DNA of 32,000 bases from Opitutia bacterium KCR 482 (lineage in GTDB: Bacteria > Verrucomicrobiota > Verrucomicrobiia > Opitutales > Intestinicryptomonadaceae). Below are positions 6,849 to 14,783 of the stretch, piece after piece. Location of the stretch: positions 180,001 to 212,000 of the forward strand of contig CP149973.1 in assembly GCA_029269845.2 (NCBI GenBank), in the 5' to 3' direction. Under the pieces are notes generated by a model. That model saw only the letters and a list, made by a program, of their open reading frames with translations. It searched no databases and was not told where the DNA came from. The position numbers were made by a program, and so were the translations under genes. Positions within the stretch are counted from its first letter, which is position 1, and the number at the start of each line of letters is the position of its first letter.

Positions 6849-7832
6849 ATGAAATACCAATTAACATCAATACTCGCTTGCGGCGCGCTCATCGCGGCCT
6901 CAGCAAATGCGGCTACAATCTCGTTCGAAGACGTTTCTCTTCGCGGCGACTGGAACTACGAAGGCGTTGACTACTCCGTATACGGCGGGGAAGACTACTA
7001 TACTTGGAAGCCCTCTTCGAGCGGCAAAGTTTCGTCGTGGCAAAAGATGCCCGAAAGCGTCGGGCGCTTCGAATGGAATTTCGGAAAAATCACGAGCGGC
7101 CTGCATTTCAAGACAACATCGTATAATTATAATTACTATAATGCGGGCGGATTCTTGCTTTCGAATTCGACAAACAAGTCCGACACAACCTACGCGAACG
7201 ACCTTTGCTCGATTACGGGCGGCGGCGCGGGCGGTTCGTCGCAGTACGGCGTATTTTTCGGAAGCGTTGCGGACTCCAATTATGTTGCGCAAAAGCAGAC
7301 TTACAAGGGCAGGGAATATTATTCCACGCTTGCCGGCGAATATCAGCTGACATTCGACGACGTTTACAATGTCAAGTCAATCGACATCACAAACACCGCC
7401 GTTAACGGAAAAATCTTCGGCTCGCCCGACTCCGCCAGCAACATGGGCTACACGACCGACGACAACGGGAAAATCACATACAACAGCGTGTTCAACACCG
7501 AAGACGCGTTCATTGCAGTTCTCGTTCGCGGCATAGACACAAACGGCGAGCTTACGCCGCTTGACGACGCCGCGACTTTCGTGCTCGCCTCCTACGGCTA
7601 CCTCTGCGCCGATTGGGGCACGCTCGACTTGTCGAACCTCGCGACCGACGGTCTTATCGGGCTCGACTTCCAGATTATTTCTTCGTTCGGCAACACATAC
7701 GGCATGACTTCGCCCGCATACTTTGCCTTCGACAATATTCTCCTGAACGTACCCGAACCCGCGACATACGCAATGTTCTTCGGAATAATCGCGCTTGCGT
7801 TCGCCGTTCGCCGCAGGTCTTTGCGCAAATAA
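6849..7832 (+). CDS. Secreted PEP-CTERM-anchored protein, DUF4465-like (candidate corrinoid-binding surface protein)
   Basis: ATG at 6849 gives the signal peptide MKYQLTSILACGALIAASANA. The upstream part of ORF 6711..7832 overlaps the riboswitch platform and is not coding. The C-terminus VPEPATYAMFFGIIALAFAVRRRSLRK (7749-7829) is a canonical PEP-CTERM signal. The core YYNAGGFLLSNSTNKSDTTYANDLCSITGGGAGGSSQYGVFFGS resembles my memory of DUF4465. Confidence 0.75.
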   Translation: MKYQLTSILACGALIAASANAATISFEDVSLRGDWNYEGVDYSVYGGEDYYTWKPSSSGKVSSWQKMPESVGRFEWNFGKITSGLHFKTTSYNYNYYNAGGFLLSNSTNKSDTTYANDLCSITGGGAGGSSQYGVFFGSVADSNYVAQKQTYKGREYYSTLAGEYQLTFDDVYNVKSIDITNTAVNGKIFGSPDSASNMGYTTDDNGKITYNSVFNTEDAFIAVLVRGIDTNGELTPLDDAATFVLASYGYLCADWGTLDLSNLATDGLIGLDFQIISSFGNTYGMTSPAYFAFDNILLNVPEPATYAMFFGIIALAFAVRRRSLRK

Positions 7833-7837
7833 AAAAT

Positions 7838-7895
7838 AGCGGGGCACAAGCCGTTTTTTTTCGTTTTCGGCTTGCGCCCCGCTTTCCATTTTTTT
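7838..7895 (+). terminator. Strong intra-operon hairpin / partial terminator between the first PEP-CTERM gene and the TonB receptor
   Basis: AGCGGGGCACAAGCC (7838-7852) pairs with GGCTTGCGCCCCGCT (7869-7883), 15 bp with one A-C mismatch and a T-rich 16-nt loop, followed by TTCCATTTTTTTAT. Confidence 0.45.
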
Positions 7896-7916
7896 ATAAA
7901 ATAGAAAAACAGAAGA

Positions 7917-9908
7917 ATGTTTGACTTTATCGGAAAAACCGCGTTTGCGGGGGCGTTTGTAGCGTTCCCGCTCGTTTTGTTTTGCGCGGAGCCGCAAATG
8001 CTCGAACCCGTCGAGGCAACGGCGTACCGCTTCGAAACCGACGCGCTCGACCAGCCCGTAAATTCGACCGTAATCACCTCCGAACAAATCGAAAAAAGCG
8101 GGGCTATTACCGTTCCCGAACTTTTACAGCGCACGGGCAATATACGCTTCATGAGCTACACGGGGGATTCGTCGAACAGCAATATTTCAATGCGCGGCTT
8201 CGGCGAAAATTCGCAAATGCGCGTGCTTGTGCTCGTGGACGGGCAGAGGTACAACCGCGCCGACATGTCGGAAACAAACTGGCTGCAAGTGCCGCTTTCC
8301 AACGTCGAAAGCATCGAGATTTTGAAAGGCTCGCAAAGCGCGATGTACGGCAACAACGCAATCGCGGGGGTCGTAAAAATCAACACGAAAAAGGGCGCGC
8401 CCGAAAACACGCTCGAAGTAAACGGCATGATTGGCTCGTACGGCTTGTACAACGTGGACGCCGCCTTCAAGGGAAGCGCGGGCGACTATCTCTACAACCT
8501 CGACGTCAACCGCTACAACAACGACGGCTACCGCGAAAATTCGCGCTCGTGGGCGGACACCGTAAACGGGGCTGTCGGAATGGACATTACGGATTCGATA
8601 AAGCTCGAACTCACGGGCAACTTTTCGCTCTCCGAAACCGAATACGCAAGCGGCGGAAATTGGGAGGACGACCCCCGCAAGGCGGACCTCCAAATGCTCT
8701 ATAAATACAAGGGCGGAGTCTATGCGGCGACCCTCAAAACGGAGTCGTCGGCGGGCAGGGGGGAAGTCCAGTTCGGCGCGAATTTCAGAAACAGGATTAT
8801 CGAAGAGCCGAACGCTCTCATCAAAACGCAAAAAGTCAACGACCAGCTTACTTTTACGCTTTCGCCGCGCTTCGAGCTGGACAAATTCGAAGACTGGACT
8901 TTCTATACGGGCATAGACTCCGACTTCACCAAAATCGATTTCGACTCCCTCCGCTTCTCTCGCTATGGGCTGCAAAAACCCGACACCGCCGACGTCGAAC
9001 GCGGCGACATCGGCGGCTATATCGGCGCGGAGTACGATTTTTCCGAAGACCTGATTTTCTCGGCGTCGGGACGCGCCGAAGGCTCGTTCACAAGCGTCGA
9101 CTACAAAAAATACCGCTATGTCGGAGCGCGTCCGCCGCAGTTCCTTCCCGATAAATCGTACGACGAAAGCCAGTGGCAGGGCGGTTTTGCGGGGTCGTTC
9201 GGCGCGACATACAAGCTCGACTCCGAAAATTCCGTCTACGCCCGTTTCGACCAAATCTACCGCTATCCCTCCACCGACGAAATCGCGTTCTATCAGGGCT
9301 ACGACACGGCGTCGTTCCCGTTCAACAAAGACTTGAAGCCCGAAATTGGGCAGAACTACGAGCTTGGCTACAAATTCATTTCGGGCGGCTGGAACGTAAA
9401 CGCGAGCGGCTACGCAATGTTCCTCGACAACGAAATCATGTACGTCAAATCCACAAACCTCAACGAGAACCTCGCGCCCACAAGACGGCTCGGCGCGGAC
9501 GTGTCGGTCTCGTACGACGCCCGATATTTCGGCGTCTTCGCGGGAATGTCGGCGGTGGATGCGCGTTTTTGCGGGGGAATTTACGACGGCAAAAAAATCC
9601 CGCTCGTCTCGCCGTTTTCGGGTTCGGCGGGGGTCGTGGCAAAGCCGCTCGAACGGCTCGACATCACCGCCCGCGGCAACTGGTCCGTCCCGCAGGTCAT
9701 GGGCGACGACTTCCGGAACGTCCAGCAAAGCGTTCACGGCTATTTTACTTTCGACCTCCTTGCAAACCTGACCCTTTGCGACTACGCCTCGCTCTTCGGG
9801 GCAATCGAAAACGTCTTCAACGAAAAATACGCGGTTTTCGCATATTCAAACAAATACTATTTCTGCGCGGGTAGAACTTTCAAAATAGGAATTAAAATAA
9901 GGTATTAA
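7917..9908 (+). CDS. TonB-dependent outer-membrane receptor, BtuB-like (in a cobalamin riboswitch-controlled operon)
   Basis: 663 aa. Signal peptide, plug domain (ISMRGFGENSQMRVLVLVDGQRYN; IEILKGSQSAMYGNNAIAGVVKINTKKG), a long beta-barrel region, and a C-terminal FKIGIKIRY ending in an aromatic residue. Its size and the riboswitch context fit BtuB. Confidence 0.88.
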   Translation: MFDFIGKTAFAGAFVAFPLVLFCAEPQMLEPVEATAYRFETDALDQPVNSTVITSEQIEKSGAITVPELLQRTGNIRFMSYTGDSSNSNISMRGFGENSQMRVLVLVDGQRYNRADMSETNWLQVPLSNVESIEILKGSQSAMYGNNAIAGVVKINTKKGAPENTLEVNGMIGSYGLYNVDAAFKGSAGDYLYNLDVNRYNNDGYRENSRSWADTVNGAVGMDITDSIKLELTGNFSLSETEYASGGNWEDDPRKADLQMLYKYKGGVYAATLKTESSAGRGEVQFGANFRNRIIEEPNALIKTQKVNDQLTFTLSPRFELDKFEDWTFYTGIDSDFTKIDFDSLRFSRYGLQKPDTADVERGDIGGYIGAEYDFSEDLIFSASGRAEGSFTSVDYKKYRYVGARPPQFLPDKSYDESQWQGGFAGSFGATYKLDSENSVYARFDQIYRYPSTDEIAFYQGYDTASFPFNKDLKPEIGQNYELGYKFISGGWNVNASGYAMFLDNEIMYVKSTNLNENLAPTRRLGADVSVSYDARYFGVFAGMSAVDARFCGGIYDGKKIPLVSPFSGSAGVVAKPLERLDITARGNWSVPQVMGDDFRNVQQSVHGYFTFDLLANLTLCDYASLFGAIENVFNEKYAVFAYSNKYYFCAGRTFKIGIKIRY

Positions 9909-9910
9909 AG

Positions 9911-10888
9911 ATGAAAAAGACACTTGCAATATTATCCATAATACCGTCGCTGCTATCGGCGGGCGAATATTACATTCCGCAAAACGGCGAAAGCTACACC
10001 ATCGACGACTTCGGCATTCAGTATTGCGGAGCGGCGGGCGAAGACGCCTCGAAAACGTCGGAGGTCTTTTGGAGAAACAGCAAAATCAAGGCATGGGCGA
10101 CGGGCTACAAAGACCTTGCCTACGGAGCAAACGTAATCGACAAATGGAAGACGCCCGAAAAGGCACTCGGCTCGGCGGGGCTTACCGACTACGGCAATAC
10201 GGACCCGTCTTCGCCCAACTACGACCCAGACGCAAGCTCGCTTTACCATATTGTTTCGCTCGGCGACGGCGGCTCTATTACAATGACTTTCGACCGCGCA
10301 ATCACGAACGGGGGCGGATTCGATTTTGCGGTTTTCGAAAACGCGGTCAACGCGGGATTCCTTGAACTCGCATACGTCAGCGTTTCGACGGACGGCATAA
10401 ACTTTGCGACCTTCCCGAATTTCTATGTAGGCGGAGACCCGATAGGCTCGTACGACAACGTGAACTATCCCGAATACGTCTACAATCTGGCGTCGAAGTA
10501 CGTCAACGAATTCGGGCACGGCTTCGACCTCTCCGAGCTTGAATTCGCCTACAACTACGCGAAAGCGCACTACGACCCCGAAACGGACTCGGTTATCAAT
10601 AACAGCGCGTTTTCGCTCGAATACACCAAGCATATCATGGAGTCTTTCGAATTGATAGACATTAACGAAATCAACTACATTAAAATAGACGACATCGTAG
10701 GCGACGGCTCGTGCGTGGACAGCGCGGGCAACCCGATTTACGACCCGTACCCGACTTCCGAAAGCGGCGGCTTCGACCTGAACGCAATCGGCGTGCTCAA
10801 TCAGGTTCCCGAACCCGCCTCGACCTGCGCGGTATTCGCGGTTGCGTCGCTTGCGATCGCCGCGTTCGCAAGAAGAAAACGCGCATAG
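9911..10888 (+). CDS. Secreted PEP-CTERM-anchored protein of unknown function, translationally coupled to the TonB receptor
   Basis: Starts 2 nt after the receptor stop. Signal peptide MKKTLAILSIIPSLLSAGE. The core block SLGDGGSITMTFDRAITNGGGFDFAVFENAVNAGFLELAYVSVSTDGINF is a domain I cannot name. The C-terminus VPEPASTCAVFAVASLAIAAFARRKRA (10805-10885) is a PEP-CTERM signal. Confidence 0.75.
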   Translation: MKKTLAILSIIPSLLSAGEYYIPQNGESYTIDDFGIQYCGAAGEDASKTSEVFWRNSKIKAWATGYKDLAYGANVIDKWKTPEKALGSAGLTDYGNTDPSSPNYDPDASSLYHIVSLGDGGSITMTFDRAITNGGGFDFAVFENAVNAGFLELAYVSVSTDGINFATFPNFYVGGDPIGSYDNVNYPEYVYNLASKYVNEFGHGFDLSELEFAYNYAKAHYDPETDSVINNSAFSLEYTKHIMESFELIDINEINYIKIDDIVGDGSCVDSAGNPIYDPYPTSESGGFDLNAIGVLNQVPEPASTCAVFAVASLAIAAFARRKRA

Positions 10889-10901
10889 CAAGCCTTTTCC
10901 G

Positions 10902-10941
10902 AAAACGGAGTTTTGGGCGCGTCCCGAAGCTCCGTTTTTTT
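10902..10941 (+). terminator. Intrinsic terminator ending the riboswitch-controlled operon
   Basis: AAAACGGAG (10902-10910) / CTCCGTTTT (10930-10938) running into a T7 tract. Confidence 0.65.
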
Positions 10942-11047
10942 ATGCAAACACGGGCGGCGCGGATGTAAAACGCGTTTTTGTTTGACACGCTCGGAGTATG
11001 TTTTAACATCGAATTTTTAAATCTGTTGTTATCTAAAAAGGGGTATT

Positions 11048-12286
11048 ATGACTGTCAAAGGATTGGGAAAAATCGTTTTGATTGCGGCGTTTGCGGGCGT
11101 TTTCCCGCTGTCGTGCTTCGGGGCGCAGGCCGCTTCCGCGCCGGCCGACGGCGGAAACAAAATGACAAAGGCGGATTTCAGGCGCATTAAAATTACGCAC
11201 GGCCCGTGGGTGCATTCGCTCACAGACGCAAGCGCAATCGTCCTGTGGACGACCGACTGCGACGCCGTCTCGTGGGTGGAAGTCGCGCCCGACGACGGCT
11301 CGCACTTTTACGAAAGGGAACGCAAAAAATTCTATCAGTCGCCGCTCGGAAAAAAGGCGGCGGGCACTTTGCACGCCGTGAAAATCGACGGTCTGAACCC
11401 CGACACCCTCTACAATTACAGGGTGTTTTCAAAAAAAGTGATGTTCGAGCAGGGCGAGGCAACGTACTACGGCTTCACCGCCTCCACGAGGGTATACCGC
11501 AAAGATCCGCTTAAATTCAGGACGCTTGGCTCGTCAAAAAAGGAAATCAGATTCTCGGTTCTGAACGACACGCACGAGCGCGTAAAATACATTAAAAACA
11601 TGCTCTCCGTCGTCCCCGAAAAAACGGACTTCCTGTTGCTAAACGGCGACATGGTTTCGAACATCGTCTCGCGCGACGCCTTCCTTTCGTCGTTCGTGGA
11701 CGACTTCGCCGCGTTCTGCGCAAACGGGACTCCCATGTTCTACGCCCGCGGCAACCACGAGACGCGCGGGGCGATGGCAAAGGACATTCTCGAATACTTC
11801 CCGACCGACACAAACAAGACATACTACACGTTCAAGGTTGGGCCTGCAATGTTCGTCGTTCTCGATTCGGGCGAGGACAAGCCTGACAGCGACATCGAGT
11901 ATTTCGACCGCGCCGACTTCGACAGCTTCCGCGAACGCCAAGCCGAGTGGTTCAAGCAAGTTGTGGCGTCAAAAGAGTTTAGGGAAGCTCCCGTGAAGAT
12001 TTTGATTTCGCACATTCCGCCCGCGTGGGGGAATTGGCACGGCTCAAAGCACTTCCAGAAGCACTTTGCCGAAACAATCAACGGCGCGGGATTCTCGCTG
12101 ATTTTGAGCGGGCATCTGCACAAGCACGAATTCTACGCGCCGTCGAACTTGATTAACGTGCCGAACATCGTAAATTCGAACAAGGAAATGCTCAATGTAA
12201 AAGCGGGCGAAAGGAAAATCGAAGTGGCGTTTGTCAACGAAAAGGGCGAAAAGGCTCGCGACACTCTTGTGTTCGACGTCAAGTAA
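11048..12286 (+). CDS. Secreted calcineurin-like metallophosphoesterase (purple-acid-phosphatase-like architecture)
   Basis: AAGGGG lies 7 nt upstream of the ATG. A signal peptide is present. Ordered metallophosphoesterase motifs: VLNDTHE, LLNGDMV, RGNHETRG, ISHIPP, LSGHLHKHEF. The N-terminal roughly 100 aa form a beta-sandwich-like region (ITHGPWVHSLTDASAIVLWTT). Confidence 0.8.
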   Translation: MTVKGLGKIVLIAAFAGVFPLSCFGAQAASAPADGGNKMTKADFRRIKITHGPWVHSLTDASAIVLWTTDCDAVSWVEVAPDDGSHFYERERKKFYQSPLGKKAAGTLHAVKIDGLNPDTLYNYRVFSKKVMFEQGEATYYGFTASTRVYRKDPLKFRTLGSSKKEIRFSVLNDTHERVKYIKNMLSVVPEKTDFLLLNGDMVSNIVSRDAFLSSFVDDFAAFCANGTPMFYARGNHETRGAMAKDILEYFPTDTNKTYYTFKVGPAMFVVLDSGEDKPDSDIEYFDRADFDSFRERQAEWFKQVVASKEFREAPVKILISHIPPAWGNWHGSKHFQKHFAETINGAGFSLILSGHLHKHEFYAPSNLINVPNIVNSNKEMLNVKAGERKIEVAFVNEKGEKARDTLVFDVK

Positions 12287-12379
12287 ACCGGAACTCCGAG
12301 TTGCGGGAGGCGGCGCAATTCCCGTCGCTTCCGTCGTCCACGAAAAGAAAGCAAGCGCAGGCGGGCGCGGACTCCGCAA

Positions 12380-12413
12380 AAAAACGGTCGGGCTTTCCAG
12401 CTCTACCGTTTTT
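12380..12413. terminator. Weak bidirectional terminator candidate between convergent genes
   Basis: AAAAACGGT (12380-12388) / ACCGTTTTT (12405-12413) with a 16-nt loop. The stem is AT-rich, so support is limited. Confidence 0.3.
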
Positions 12414-12447
12414 GCGACTCGATTTTTACGTTCGCGCGTTCGGGCAT

Positions 12448-13494
12448 TTACTCGGAGCGCGGCGGAAGGCATTCGGCAAATTCGATATTTCCCGAAACTG
12501 AAATCCGACCCTTCAACTTGTGCGGCAGCAGAAAATAGTCTCCCTTTGCGAATTTGCGCGATTTCGAACCCCACGACAATTCTCCGCTTCCGTCGGTTGC
12601 TATGTAGATTGCGGGCGCGGAGGGCAAAACCGCCGACGCGCCGGTGAGCCGAAAGCGGTTTACGGCAAAGCACGGGGTGTCGTCGTAGCCTATCAGCCGC
12701 TCGATTTTTACGCCGTTTTTTTCGAGCAGTGTGCGGGGCGTCATGGCGCATTTTTTCACGGCGTCGCTCCCGAATGTATCGAAGTCGAAGCACTCCATTG
12801 CCGCCTTTTTGTCCAAGCCGAGGAAGCGCGTGGTGTCGTCGATTTTCCTGCCGAGGCACCACGATTCCGAAATAATCGTGAAGTCCGTCGGCTCCTGCAC
12901 CTCCAAAATCAGGCAGCCCGCGCCGATTGCGTGGACGATTTTCGGACGTATCAGAAACACGTCGCCGACTTTCGGCGTAATTGCGTTCATGCGCTTTTCG
13001 AACTCTTCGGGCTTTTCTTCGGCGGCGTCTACGCGCTCCAAAAACTCTTCGGGCGTCATCTTTTCCTTGAAGCCGAAATACAGCTTGGGATTTTCGCGGA
13101 CGCCGAGCACAAGCCAAGACTCGGTTTTGCCGTAGCCGCTGCCGAAATATTTTTTCGAAAACGGCTTGTCGGGGTGAACCTGCGACGGCAGGCGGATTGC
13201 GCTGTCGAGCACTTTCACGAGCACGCCGAAATCTTCCGCGCCGCCGAGAATTTCCTCCCCGCGCGTTTCGAGAAGCTCGGCAAGCGCAATGTCCGTTCCC
13301 TCAACAACCGACATTCCCTCGTTCGGCGGGCGGTTGGGCTTTATGGATTTCACGGCGGAGGCAACCCATTCTTCGGGATATTGCCCATCGACTTCCTCGT
13401 CGCCGAAGAAATCTCCGAAGAGTTTTCCGCCGCTGTAAAGGCGGTAAACCCTGTTGCGTTTGAAAAAAATCGGGGAGTCTATTTCGTATTTCAT
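12448..13494 (-). CDS. manA: Class I mannose-6-phosphate isomerase (cupin-type sugar isomerase)
   Basis: ORF 12448..13608. The ATG at 13494 (MKYEIDSPIFFKRNRVYRLYSGGKLF) is preferred over the basic N-terminal extension. Motifs LPSQVHPDK and GKTESWLVLG match the zinc-binding QxHP / ExW signatures of Bacillus-type PMI. Confidence 0.75.
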   Translation of the reverse strand: MKYEIDSPIFFKRNRVYRLYSGGKLFGDFFGDEEVDGQYPEEWVASAVKSIKPNRPPNEGMSVVEGTDIALAELLETRGEEILGGAEDFGVLVKVLDSAIRLPSQVHPDKPFSKKYFGSGYGKTESWLVLGVRENPKLYFGFKEKMTPEEFLERVDAAEEKPEEFEKRMNAITPKVGDVFLIRPKIVHAIGAGCLILEVQEPTDFTIISESWCLGRKIDDTTRFLGLDKKAAMECFDFDTFGSDAVKKCAMTPRTLLEKNGVKIERLIGYDDTPCFAVNRFRLTGASAVLPSAPAIYIATDGSGELSWGSKSRKFAKGDYFLLPHKLKGRISVSGNIEFAECLPPRSE

Positions 13495-13604
13495 GCGCGT
13501 AAACTTCGCCCGCAAGTCTATCGGTTTCGGATATTTCGCGCCATAAAAATAAATGGTATGCGCCCGCCGATGTGGTATGCGGAATTTGCGCCGAACGGGC
13601 GACT

Positions 13605-14582
13605 TCAACCCTTTTCCCGACGAGCCGCCGACGGCGTTGTCCCGAAATGCCGCTTGAACGCGCGCGAAAACGCGTACTGGTTTGCGTAGCCGAATTTCTT
13701 CGACGTTTCGGCGACTCCCGCGCCGTTTTTTAGCATTTGCATTGCGCCGTCAAGGCGCAGTTTGAGCGAAAGTTTCGCGAAGCTTAGCGAGTACTTCAAG
13801 CGGCAGAATTTTTCGAGAGTGTCAGGCGAAACTGCAAGCGATTTCGCCGTCGCCGCCGCCGAGCGGAAACGCGCTTTTCCCGCCGAAATTTTTGCAAGCT
13901 CCGTCTCGATTTTGCCCGCTTTTGCGTCGGGGGAGGGCGAGCCGCAGGCGATTCTGCGCATGATTTCGGTTATCGACTGCGCGGTGTTTGCAAGAACGGA
14001 CGGCGACTGTCTGCCTCTGAAAAGTTCGCACTCGTAGGCGTGAGCAAGGGCGAGCAGGGTTTCGGAGTCGGAAGGGGACTTTTTTACGGATATTTCGGCG
14101 CGGCTTTCGTCGAGCCAGTCGGGGGCGATGTGCGCCCAGAGAATCGAGGCGTCGGTTTTTTCGGCGCGTATTTGAAGCAAATCGGTTTCGGGCGGCGCAA
14201 TCAAAACGTCCCCGCGGGCGAGGACGCCTTTTTTGCCGCCGCCCGAGAATATTAGATTTCCGCTTTCCACAACAAACAATGTTATGAAACGCTGCCTGCT
14301 TATTATTTGGCAGTAGCCGCGCGCCTTGTTCGAGAAGCCTATTCGCATGATTCCGCAGCGTTCGAAAAACTTGGGGACCGGTTTCTCGGAACGCTTTATA
14401 TGCCGCCCCGCATCGCGTTTCAGGAAAGAGTCGGACATCAACAGCGGCGAGCCTTCGAGGTACACGTTTGTGGAGCGTTCCGTCCAGCGGAAGAGGTCGT
14501 TGTCTCCGCCGTATTGCCAGACGTATTTGCCGCCGCATTGTTCCGATTGTTCCATGAGGGCGACTATTTTCAAAATCGCCAT
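13605..14582 (-). CDS. AraC family transcriptional regulator
   Basis: The C-terminal HTH region ends in GYANQYAFSRAFKRHFGTTPSAARR. The N-terminal part is cupin-like and probably binds the ligand. It is divergent from the GH78 gene and upstream of the isomerase gene. Confidence 0.88.
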   Translation of the reverse strand: MAILKIVALMEQSEQCGGKYVWQYGGDNDLFRWTERSTNVYLEGSPLLMSDSFLKRDAGRHIKRSEKPVPKFFERCGIMRIGFSNKARGYCQIISRQRFITLFVVESGNLIFSGGGKKGVLARGDVLIAPPETDLLQIRAEKTDASILWAHIAPDWLDESRAEISVKKSPSDSETLLALAHAYECELFRGRQSPSVLANTAQSITEIMRRIACGSPSPDAKAGKIETELAKISAGKARFRSAAATAKSLAVSPDTLEKFCRLKYSLSFAKLSLKLRLDGAMQMLKNGAGVAETSKKFGYANQYAFSRAFKRHFGTTPSAARREKG

Positions 14583-14783
14583 TCACCGCAAGAAAATATT
14601 TTCTTCCGACCGAATCGCGGGCTTGCCGCATTGCGGGAGCATATGAAAACGGCGTCATAGAACTTTGTTTTTTGTAGGATTTGTATGATTAATGTGTTGA
14701 CGCGTTCGGGGCGCATGGCAGAATTGAACGCAAATTAACGGGGGCGGAGGAATGCCCCGTTTTGTTGTAAAAAAGGCATCTAT

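Noticed and set aside
7122-7143. AT-rich TATAATTATAATTACTATAAT stretch resembling tandem -10 boxes or a microsatellite
   Set aside because: It lies in frame inside the first PEP-CTERM gene and encodes a Tyr/Asn-rich segment (SYNYNYYNAGG). There is no evidence for promoter function.
8187-9737. Very long antisense ORFs: 516 aa at 8187..9737, 517 aa at 20252..21805, 434 aa at 1150..2454, 389 aa at 12520..13689, 355 aa at 27034..28101, 393 aa at 16223..17404, 269 aa at 22343..23152, and many shorter ones
   Set aside because: Each lies fully opposite or out of frame to a gene with clear family motifs. Their translations are Arg/Ala/Val/Phe-rich low-complexity strings with no recognisable domains, which is the expected stop-codon-poor shadow of GC-rich coding DNA.
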